Positions 28,188-35,672 of a stretch of DNA of 64,000 bases are shown here, in pieces; position 1 is the stretch's first letter, and each line of letters begins with the position of its first letter. Source of the DNA: Clostridia bacterium (GTDB lineage: Bacteria; Bacillota; Clostridia; Oscillospirales; CAG-272); NCBI GenBank assembly GCA_017411745.1, contig JAFQPM010000025.1, positions 1,595 to 65,594 on the forward strand, read 5' to 3'. Both the position numbers and the translations under genes were made by a program. The notes under the pieces were generated by a model. The model did not search any database, was not told the DNA's origin, and saw only the letters and a list, made by a program, of their open reading frames with translations.

Positions 28188-28276
28188 CTTTCAAATATTC
28201 CTTTCGCTTTGTTGCCTTCTGCGGCGAGCTTATCTTTCAGGAATATTTTTGCCGCAGATAACGGCACTTTAAACAT
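28184..28276 (-). CDS. 30-codon ORF coupled to mazF (possible truncated RHH antitoxin remnant)
   Basis: The peptide is [30 protein letters not shown], and its TGA overlaps the mazF ATG as ATGA. It is too short to appear in the ORF track and its SD is weak (AAGGA 13 nt upstream). Confidence 0.3.
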   Translation of the reverse strand: MFKVPLSAAKIFLKDKLAAEGNKAKGIFER

Positions 28277-28446
28277 AGAAACAAAAATATCCTTGCGGAA
28301 ATTTCATTTGGGCGAAGGGCACGCAAGTCCGGCGATTAACTTAAGGGAACACGCCCTTCACCACAGTATATGCGAAAATCGGGCAAAAGGATAAGGCCCT
28401 CGGCGGCACGTGCCGTATAGCGCTTACAAAATTAACATAATGGTCA

Positions 28447-28475
28447 TTGACATATCGATCTCTTTGTTGTATAAT
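28447..28475 (+). promoter_or_regulatory. Consensus promoter of the LtaS-like / YidC-TagF operon
   Basis: TTGACA (28447-28452), 17-nt spacer, TATAAT (28470-28475). Confidence 0.7.
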
Positions 28476-28571
28476 AAAACGGAATGTAATTTTCATAGGA
28501 CATAGTGAATTTGTCCATTATCCGATCATACCGGCTTGCCTCGAAAGCAGGCTTTTTAGAAGGAGAAATAA

Positions 28572-30398
28572 ATGAGCACCAAGAAATCAAAAAAGAAGAA
28601 TCGCTCGTCGTCTAAGACGCAGATTCAGCAGAAGAGCAAAAGAGAATATTCGTTTAAGAATAAGCTCCTTACAACACTGCTTCTTTCTTTTGTCGCACCT
28701 CTGACGGTCTGCTTTTTCGGCCCGTTTGAGACATATTGCGGAAATATCAGTGAATTTACCTTCGCGCTCGGAGATTTTCTGCCGTATGTTGCGGCAATTT
28801 CGGTCACAGTCGCGGTTGCTGTCTTCGTTCTTCTTATGATACTCGACGGCAGAGCGTTTGATATCGCTTCTGCAGTCGTTTTGGCTTTGACCGTGTTGAC
28901 GTTCGCGCAAAAATATTACCTTAATCTCGGTGTAAATGCGCTTGCAGGTGACGGTGTCGGAACGACCGAGGTCGGACCGCTTGCAACCGTTCTCAACGCG
29001 CTTATCTGGGTCATAGTTATCGCAGGTGCTGTTGCCGCCGCAATTATGCTAAAAAAGCAGAACAAGGCGAGATTTTTCGTTTCAACTGCACTCGTGCTTA
29101 TAGCCGTGCTCGTGATGCAGTCGATCGGATGCATCGCTATCGCCACTGATCTTGGCTCCCAGACTGAACAGGGAGATGCTTCCGACAGCGCGCACAGAGA
29201 GAAGAATATGCTGACCTATGAAAACCTCAACGAGCTTTCGGAAGGTAAGAATATCGTGTTCTTCCTTATCGACCGCTTTGACGTGAGATATTTTGAAAAG
29301 CTTCAAGCGACCGATCCCGAATTTCTCGAGGGGCTTGACGGATTTACCTTCTACAACGATTACACGAGCCTCTATTGCCGTACTTATCCCGCTATCGCGT
29401 CGATATTGACGGGCAAGGAGAACGATTTTAAGGATAGCAGACTTGAGTTCTTCAAGGAGGTATATACCGACGGCGGACACATGAAAAATCTTCACAACGC
29501 GGGCTATGACGTTAACATATACACAGAGAAATATTACGCGTACGATGACGCCTACTATATGTCCGACTATGTCGGCAATATGTCGGGCGTGAATGGATAT
29601 GAAATAGACAGCAATACTGCACTTTCGCGCGATATGATCCGCTTGTCACTCAGCACCTGCTTACCCTTTGTGGCAAAGGATGTTGTCGGACAGATGAGCA
29701 CCCCCGATTTCAACGCACACGCCGTCTACGAGTCGGATGAGGACGTTTACGACGCCGATATGAAGAACGTTTACGATTATATAACCGAAAACGACTTTGT
29801 AAAGAACGAAAGCAAGGGACAGTTCAGCTTTATTCACATCTACGGCTGCCACACCCCCGTAAAGTACAATCTTAATTGGGAAGCAGCAAACGACAAGGAA
29901 AAGAACGACACCACGATGGCACTCAAGCAGAGCCTTACCATCATATACGAGTATATCGAAGAAATGAAGCGCCTTGGCGTTTATGACGACGCTACGATAG
30001 TCATTACGGGCGACCACCCCGCCGCGCTCAGCGATACCAAGCTTATCGGTGAAGCAAGCAAGAGCGACAACGGCACGCGAGTTACTACTATGCTCTTCAA
30101 GAGATCGGGCGACAGCGGAACTGCGCTTAAGACCAGCACCGCGCAGATCTCACAGGACGAGCTTTGGGCAACGATATACGAGTCCGAGGGTCTTAAATCG
30201 CTCAAGACGGGAGAATCCTTCTTTGATATTCCCGAGGGAGTGGACAGAGAGAGAAGATATCTCTTCGAGCTTTCGGTCACGCGTGAAGATAAATCCCGCG
30301 CCGACGAGATAGTTACCTATAAGATAGTCGGAACGGCAAGGAACAGAGATAACTGGTCGATCGAGAGCCGCGAGGTTGTTGAAAAGATATACAAATAA
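28572..30398 (+). CDS. LtaS-like sulfatase-family phosphoglycerol transferase (membrane-anchored)
   Basis: An N-terminal polytopic region is followed by an extracellular alkaline-phosphatase-superfamily domain (FFLIDRFD ... HIYGCHTP ... VITGDHP). Confidence 0.7.
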   Translation: MSTKKSKKKNRSSSKTQIQQKSKREYSFKNKLLTTLLLSFVAPLTVCFFGPFETYCGNISEFTFALGDFLPYVAAISVTVAVAVFVLLMILDGRAFDIASAVVLALTVLTFAQKYYLNLGVNALAGDGVGTTEVGPLATVLNALIWVIVIAGAVAAAIMLKKQNKARFFVSTALVLIAVLVMQSIGCIAIATDLGSQTEQGDASDSAHREKNMLTYENLNELSEGKNIVFFLIDRFDVRYFEKLQATDPEFLEGLDGFTFYNDYTSLYCRTYPAIASILTGKENDFKDSRLEFFKEVYTDGGHMKNLHNAGYDVNIYTEKYYAYDDAYYMSDYVGNMSGVNGYEIDSNTALSRDMIRLSLSTCLPFVAKDVVGQMSTPDFNAHAVYESDEDVYDADMKNVYDYITENDFVKNESKGQFSFIHIYGCHTPVKYNLNWEAANDKEKNDTTMALKQSLTIIYEYIEEMKRLGVYDDATIVITGDHPAALSDTKLIGEASKSDNGTRVTTMLFKRSGDSGTALKTSTAQISQDELWATIYESEGLKSLKTGESFFDIPEGVDRERRYLFELSVTREDKSRADEIVTYKIVGTARNRDNWSIESREVVEKIYK

Positions 30399-30413
30399 AA
30401 CTTGGAGAAAACG

Positions 30414-32489
30414 ATGAATAACGTACTGTATTACATCTGCGTTCCGCTTGGAGCGCTGATGAAATGGTGTTGGCAGCTGCTTGGCAATTACGGTCTTGCC
30501 GTCCTGCTTTTCACGCTTGCCACGAAGCTGGTTCTTTTACCGATCTCTGTCTGGATACACAAAAACTCGATCCTGATGGTCAAGATACAGCCCGAGATGA
30601 ATATGCTCAAGGTCAAGTATAACGGTGACAGCCAGACGCTTGCAACCGAGCAGTCAAAGCTCTTTAAAAGAGCAAAATACCGCCCGATGCTCACGCTCGT
30701 GCCGCTTATCTTGCAGATAGTTCTTCTGCTTGGAGTTGTATATATCATCAATCGCCCCTTGACTTACCTTTTTGGTGTCGGAAATTCCGATATTATTGCT
30801 ATGGCAGAGGCAGCGGGAATGAATCTCGAATCATCCTCATACGAGCTGTCGCTTATCGAAGCGATACGTGCGGGTAGCTACAGGCTTCCCGAGAATTTCG
30901 CTTGGCTCGGTGATAAGATCGCGGCGTTTGACAGTAGATTTTTGGGTCTTGAGCTTGCCACTATACCGACGGCTGTGTGGGGAATATATACCTTGATTCC
31001 TCTTCTTGCCGCGGCATCGTCCTGGGTTCTCTGCTTTGCACAGAACAAGGCAAACGTGCTTCAGCACGAGCAGGGAAACGGCAACAAATACGGCACGATG
31101 ATCTTTTCGGTCTGTCTTTCGCTCTACCTCGGTTGCTTTGTGCCGACGGGTATCGCGCTTTATTGGATGGCAGGAAATATTCTTTCGGTCGTCCAGCTTC
31201 TCATTCTTAACGTCGTTATAAATCCGAAAAAGCACGTCGATTACGAAGCGCTGGAGGAAAGCCGCAAGGCGCTTGCCGAGCTTAAGCTTGACGAGAACGC
31301 GGAAGAGAAGAAAAAGAAGGAAAAGGAAAACCGCCGCCGCGAAAATGCGGATTATAAGAAATTTTTCTCTATAGTAGACAAGCACCTCGTTATCTACTCG
31401 GAAAAGAGTGGATTTTACAAGTATTTCAAGGGAATTATAAAGGAATTGCTCTCGCGCTCGGACATGGTGATACATTACGTCACCAATGACCCCGACGACG
31501 TCATTTTCGAGGTCGCGAAGAAAAATCCACGTATCAAGCCCTACTATATCGGACTTAAAAAGACGATAAGCCTGATGCTTAAGCTCGAGTGCGATATCTG
31601 TCTTATGACCACTCCCGATCTTGATAAATATTATCTCAAAAAGTCCAAGATGAAGAAGGACATTGAGTATATTTACGCCCCCCACGCGCTTATGAGTATG
31701 CACATGGGAATGAAAGAGGGCTCGCTTGACGCGTTCGATACGATCTTCTGCGCGGGTGAGCATATAAAGAGAGAGGTACAGGCGACCGTGCAGGTCTATG
31801 GACTTCCGCAGAAGGAATACGTAGAGTTTGGTTATCCTCTCGTTGACGATCTCATTCCGCTTGGCGAGGCGGAGAGAAAAACTCATAAGCAGGGCGGCAG
31901 ATGCGAGATACTCATCGCTCCCACGTGGAACGAGGATAATATTCTTGATAGCTGCATCGATGAGATGCTTGAGAAGCTTCTTTGCGACGAATATCACATC
32001 ACCGTCCGTCCTCACCCCGAGTACGTAAAGAGATTTGGCCAGAAAATGAACGCCACCGTCGAGCGCTGGCGCGATAAGATCGGCGACGGGCTTACCTTTG
32101 AGCTTGATTTTTCGAGCAACAAATCAATTTATTCGTCCGATCTGATGATCACCGACTGGTCGGGAATTTCGTTTGAGTTCAGCTTTGCGACCAAGCGCCC
32201 TACGCTCTTCGTCAATACGAAGATGAAGGTTCTCAATGAGAACTGGCAGAAGATCAACTGCACGCCAATCGAGATCACCCTGCGTGACGAGATAGGTATG
32301 TCGATCGAAAAGAGCGATGTCAAAAATATCGGCGAGATCGTCAAGGACACTTTCAAGAGATCGACAGAATACGAAAAGAAGATAGACGCGGCGCTTCACA
32401 AGGCAGTCTATAACGTCGGACATTCCGACCCCGTCGGCGCAAAGTATATCCTAAAGCGGATCGTTGAGAAACAGGAGGCGAGAAAATGA
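30414..32489 (+). CDS. Fusion protein: N-terminal YidC/Oxa1 insertase domain plus C-terminal TagB/TagF-type CDP-glycerol glycerophosphotransferase domain
   Basis: Residues ~1-285 read GNYGLAVLLFTLATKLVLLPISVW...IQPEMNMLKVKY ... GIALYWMAGNILSVVQ (YidC). A charged linker EEKKKKEKENRRRE follows. The C-terminal part, ILIAPTWNEDN ... ITVRPHPE ... DLMITDWSGISFEF, resembles TagF. Start set at ATG 30414, with GGAG 6 nt upstream. Confidence 0.7.
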   Translation: MNNVLYYICVPLGALMKWCWQLLGNYGLAVLLFTLATKLVLLPISVWIHKNSILMVKIQPEMNMLKVKYNGDSQTLATEQSKLFKRAKYRPMLTLVPLILQIVLLLGVVYIINRPLTYLFGVGNSDIIAMAEAAGMNLESSSYELSLIEAIRAGSYRLPENFAWLGDKIAAFDSRFLGLELATIPTAVWGIYTLIPLLAAASSWVLCFAQNKANVLQHEQGNGNKYGTMIFSVCLSLYLGCFVPTGIALYWMAGNILSVVQLLILNVVINPKKHVDYEALEESRKALAELKLDENAEEKKKKEKENRRRENADYKKFFSIVDKHLVIYSEKSGFYKYFKGIIKELLSRSDMVIHYVTNDPDDVIFEVAKKNPRIKPYYIGLKKTISLMLKLECDICLMTTPDLDKYYLKKSKMKKDIEYIYAPHALMSMHMGMKEGSLDAFDTIFCAGEHIKREVQATVQVYGLPQKEYVEFGYPLVDDLIPLGEAERKTHKQGGRCEILIAPTWNEDNILDSCIDEMLEKLLCDEYHITVRPHPEYVKRFGQKMNATVERWRDKIGDGLTFELDFSSNKSIYSSDLMITDWSGISFEFSFATKRPTLFVNTKMKVLNENWQKINCTPIEITLRDEIGMSIEKSDVKNIGEIVKDTFKRSTEYEKKIDAALHKAVYNVGHSDPVGAKYILKRIVEKQEARK

Positions 32490-32758
32490 TCTTTAATATG
32501 TTTAATACGGTCGTAAATCTTGACCTCAAGGCGCTTTATATTGACCCGACCGCGATAACGACCTCGCTCGTTTCAGCAAGCGGAATTATAATCGCGCTTG
32601 GTGCATCCGCAGGAGTTCTTCTGGCGAAAATGGCGACGGTAAGTGCAAATTTGAGCGTATTTCTCACCAAAATAACGCGTGGATTTGTAAATGCGTTCTG
32701 CGTGGTCGATCACGCAGGTAAAACGGTCGAGCCCGATATAACGGTCAAGAAAAAATAA
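32486..32758 (+). CDS. Small hypothetical membrane protein
   Basis: Its start overlaps the upstream stop as ATGA. One hydrophobic segment reads SASGIIIALGASAGVLLAKMA. The gene lies upstream of the operon terminator. Confidence 0.4.
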   Translation: MIFNMFNTVVNLDLKALYIDPTAITTSLVSASGIIIALGASAGVLLAKMATVSANLSVFLTKITRGFVNAFCVVDHAGKTVEPDITVKKK

Positions 32759-32773
32759 ATACGTTTAAATTAG

Positions 32774-32804
32774 AAGCATCCCTTTAATCGAGGGATGCTT
32801 TTTG
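32774..32804 (+). terminator. Operon terminator
   Basis: Stem AAGCATCCCT (32774-32783) pairs with AGGGATGCTT (32791-32800), followed by a T-run. Confidence 0.8.
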
Positions 32805-32898
32805 TATATAATTCTGCCTAAAAATCTACCGCAAAGCAAAATCTTTTTGTCAAATGTCCAAAATTGCGAAATTTACCGCTTTAATTTGCTAAAACCTA

Positions 32899-32927
32899 TT
32901 GACGAATTTTTTTAATCGTAGTATAAT
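32899..32927 (+). promoter_or_regulatory. serC promoter
   Basis: TTGACG (32899-32904), 17-nt spacer, TATAAT (32922-32927). It overlaps the ORF-track start, supporting ATG 32965. Confidence 0.65.
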
Positions 32928-32964
32928 GATACTAATTTATTTTATTTGTGTTGCGGAGGTTTTT

Positions 32965-34062
32965 ATGAACAGAGTTTATAATTTTTCAGCAGGTCCTTCT
33001 ATGCTTCCCCTGCCCGTGCTTGAGCAGGCGGCAAAAGAGCTTGTATGCTACGGCGAATCGGGAATGTCTGTAATGGAAATGAGTCATCGCTCTCCCGATT
33101 ACGAGGCGATCATTCAGGCGGCAGAGGCAGATCTGCGCCGATTGATGAATATTCCCGACAACTATAAGGTGCTCTTCCTTCAGGGTGGCGCATCCACGCA
33201 GTTTTCGTCGATTCCTATGAATCTGATCAATCTCAAGCCCGCCAAAAAGGCACTATACGCGGTTTCGGGACAGTTCTCGGGCAAGGCGTACAAGGAAGCG
33301 CAGAAGATGGGCTACAACGCAAAGTGTATCGCTACCACGAAGGACGATAACTTCGACCACGTTCCCGCGATCACCAAGGATATGGTAGATCAGGACGCAT
33401 CCTATCTCCATATTTGCTTCAATAATACTATATACGGCACGAAGTATCCCTATATCCCCGAAACGGGAGACGTTCCGCTGGTTGCGGACCTCTCATCCTG
33501 CATCATCTCCGAGCCCGTTGACGTGACTAAGTTCGGCGTGATCTACGCAGGCGCGCAGAAGAATATGGCTCCCGCAGGTGTTACTCTTGTAATCGTCCGC
33601 GAGGACCTGCTCGGCTATGCCGACGAGAGCATTCCCACAATGCTTGATTGGAAGACCATGGCAGACAACGATTCTATGTATAATACTCCCCCTTGCTACG
33701 CTATATATATTGCAGGGCTCGTCTATAAGTGGATCGAGCAGCTGGGCGGTCTTGACGTCATGAAGGAAATGAACGAGAAGAAAGCCAAGCTTATCTACGA
33801 TTATCTCGATAGCCAGAGCTACTACGTAGCACCCGTCAAGCCCGAGTCGCGCTCCTTGATGAACGTTACGTTCGTTACGGGCGACGCAGACCTCGACAAG
33901 AAATTCGCAAGTGAGGCGGCTAAAGCAGGACTCAAAAACCTCAAGGGACACAGAAGCGTCGGCGGCATGAGAGCCTCCATTTACAACGCTATGCCCTACG
34001 AGGGAGTTGAAGCGCTCGTCGCGTTTATGAAGAAATTCGCCGAGGAAAATCCTAAGGCGTAA
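32965..34062 (+). CDS. serC: Phosphoserine aminotransferase
   Basis: The motifs MNRVYNFSAGPSMLP, GGASTQF and AGAQKN are present. GGAGG lies upstream of ATG 32965. Confidence 0.95.
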   Translation: MNRVYNFSAGPSMLPLPVLEQAAKELVCYGESGMSVMEMSHRSPDYEAIIQAAEADLRRLMNIPDNYKVLFLQGGASTQFSSIPMNLINLKPAKKALYAVSGQFSGKAYKEAQKMGYNAKCIATTKDDNFDHVPAITKDMVDQDASYLHICFNNTIYGTKYPYIPETGDVPLVADLSSCIISEPVDVTKFGVIYAGAQKNMAPAGVTLVIVREDLLGYADESIPTMLDWKTMADNDSMYNTPPCYAIYIAGLVYKWIEQLGGLDVMKEMNEKKAKLIYDYLDSQSYYVAPVKPESRSLMNVTFVTGDADLDKKFASEAAKAGLKNLKGHRSVGGMRASIYNAMPYEGVEALVAFMKKFAEENPKA

Positions 34063-34072
34063 AAGGGAAGCA

Positions 34073-34099
34073 AGGGCTGCGAGGGCTGCGAGGGCTGCG
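34073..34099 (+). repeat. Perfect 9-bp tandem repeat x3 (AGGGCTGCG)
   Basis: I read this directly. The units are at 34073-34081, 34082-34090 and 34091-34099. Confidence 0.95.
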
Positions 34100-34111
34100 T
34101 GCCTTCGGCGA

Positions 34112-34138
34112 CCTACTTTCTTTGGAAAAGAAAGTAGG
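34112..34138. repeat. Palindrome CCTACTTTCTT / AAGAAAGTAGG
   Basis: Perfect 11-bp arms with a 5-nt loop. It is related to the palindrome at 59880-59905. Confidence 0.9.
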
Positions 34139-34237
34139 CAAAGAAACTTCCAATAAGGCTTTTGTTGCCTTAAAATAAATCACAAAAAAGCAATATCCTT
34201 TGAATTCTATACTGTAAGATGAGCTGTATCTCAGTAG

Positions 34238-34285
34238 GTTGAAATTTGACTCGTCAAATTTCAACGTTTTCAGCTTGCTGAAAAC
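34238..34285. repeat. Two adjacent perfect hairpins
   Basis: The first is GTTGAAATTTGA ctcg TCAAATTTCAAC (34238-34265). It is followed immediately by GTTTTCAG cttg CTGAAAAC (34266-34285). Confidence 0.9.
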
Positions 34286-34334
34286 AGGTTATATCCACCA
34301 CAGTTAGAACCCAAGGCGGCAAGTTCTTTGCCAA

Positions 34335-34352
34335 GCTTTCTTTCAAGAAAGC
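34335..34352. repeat. Palindrome GCTTTCTT / AAGAAAGC
   Basis: Perfect 8-bp arms with a 2-nt loop, followed by a T-rich stretch. Confidence 0.85.
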
Positions 34353-34395
34353 GCCCTTTTCTCCACACAAACTAACTATTAAGGAGCTCGTTGTT

Positions 34396-35556
34396 ATGAT
34401 CAAAAACATAAAATTACTCAACAAAATTGCCAAGGTCGGCACGGATAAGCTTGACCGAGAGCTTTTCAACGTAGGCGAGGACGTAGAAGCGCCTTATGGA
34501 ATTATGGTGCGCTCTGCGAATATGCTTGATATGGAATTCAACCCCGAGCTTCGCGCTATTGCGAGAGCAGGCGCGGGAGTCAACAATATCCCGATAGATA
34601 AGTGCACGGAGCACGGCGTCGTCGTGTTCAATACTCCCGGGGCTAACGCTAACGCCGTTAAGGAGCTTGTTATTTGCGGACTTATGCTCGCGTCGCGAGA
34701 CGTAGTCGGCGGCGTAAAATGGGCGGGCACTCTGACCGAGGACGTGGCAAAGCAGGTAGAGAAGGGCAAGAGCAAATTCGCGGGCGTTGAGATCGCAGGC
34801 AAGACCCTTGGCGTTATCGGACTTGGCGCGATCGGCGGAATGGTAGCAAATACTGCGGTGCATCTGCGGATGAACGTGGTTGGCTGTGATCCCTATCTGT
34901 CGGTAGAGGCTGCGTGGAACCTCAATCACCACGTAACCAAGGCGGCTACGTACGACGATATCTACGCTTGCGCGGATTATATCACCCTTCACGTGCCCTC
35001 CACCCCTCAGACTAAGGGAATGATCAATAAAGAGACCCTCGCGAAGATGAAGGACGGCGTCAGAATTTTGAATTTCTCTCGCGCAGACCTTGTGAACGCG
35101 GCAGACCTCAAGGAAGCACTTGAAAGTGGAAAAGTTGCCGCATACGTGACCGATTTCCCCACCGAAGAGGTAATAAATGTCAAGGGTGTGGTTGCGATCC
35201 CCCACCTTGGCGCATCCACCGAGGAGAGCGAGGACAACTGTGCGGTCATGGCAGCGCAGGAGCTTGCCGATTATCTTACCAACGGAAACGTCCGTAACAG
35301 TGTCAATTTCCCCGCGATCTCAATGGCTCGCAGCGGCGACGCGAGGATCTGTATGCTTCATAAGAACGTTCCCGCAGTGCTTTCGAGCATCACGACCTGC
35401 TTCTCGGAGCAGGGGATCAACATCGAGAATATGACCAACAAATCTCGCGGAGAGGTTGCATACACCATTCTTGATATCACGGGCGAGGCAAGTGCCGATT
35501 CTCTTGACAAGCTCAAAGCCATCGAAGGTGTAATAAGAGTAAGAATTTTGAAGTAA
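34396..35556 (+). CDS. serA: D-3-phosphoglycerate dehydrogenase with a C-terminal ACT domain
   Basis: The NAD-binding GVIGLGAIGG motif, the 2-hydroxyacid dehydrogenase pattern, and a C-terminal ACT-like segment are present. AAGGAG lies upstream. Confidence 0.9.
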   Translation: MIKNIKLLNKIAKVGTDKLDRELFNVGEDVEAPYGIMVRSANMLDMEFNPELRAIARAGAGVNNIPIDKCTEHGVVVFNTPGANANAVKELVICGLMLASRDVVGGVKWAGTLTEDVAKQVEKGKSKFAGVEIAGKTLGVIGLGAIGGMVANTAVHLRMNVVGCDPYLSVEAAWNLNHHVTKAATYDDIYACADYITLHVPSTPQTKGMINKETLAKMKDGVRILNFSRADLVNAADLKEALESGKVAAYVTDFPTEEVINVKGVVAIPHLGASTEESEDNCAVMAAQELADYLTNGNVRNSVNFPAISMARSGDARICMLHKNVPAVLSSITTCFSEQGINIENMTNKSRGEVAYTILDITGEASADSLDKLKAIEGVIRVRILK

Positions 35557-35565
35557 ATCAACAGA

Positions 35566-35597
35566 AAAAGGAGCTTTGCCGAAGCAAAGCTCCTTTT
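35566..35597. terminator. Bidirectional terminator (serA and the convergent giant gene)
   Basis: Stem AAAAGGAGCTTTGC pairs with GCAAAGCTCCTTTT around a cgaa loop. Confidence 0.8.
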
Positions 35598-35605
35598 AAA
35601 TTTTC

Positions 35606-35639
35606 ACCCGAGCCCCGCCGAAGCGGGACTCGGGTTTTT
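35606..35639 (+). terminator. Second hairpin plus T-run
   Basis: ACCCGAGCCCCGC cgaa GCGGGACTCGGGT, followed by TTTTT. Confidence 0.7.
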
Positions 35640-35672
35640 GTGGGATCGTTTATTTACGCATAGCCGATAAGC

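Noticed and set aside
28530-28556. A hairpin plus T5 (GCTTGC ctcgaaa GCAGGC TTTTT) in the leader of the LtaS-like gene, considered as a possible attenuator or riboswitch platform.
   Set aside because: The stem is only 6 bp with a G-U pair, the leader is short (~90 nt), and no recognisable aptamer precedes it. The evidence is insufficient.
30837-32015. A 392-aa minus-strand ORF. The same reasoning applies to the similar long antisense ORFs at 11919..12896, 13400..14281, 47592..48650, 50575..51474 and 51999..52853.
   Set aside because: All lie opposite genes with strong family signatures (YidC-TagF, guaA, CofE-like, BMP lipoprotein and the permeases). None has its own expression signals.
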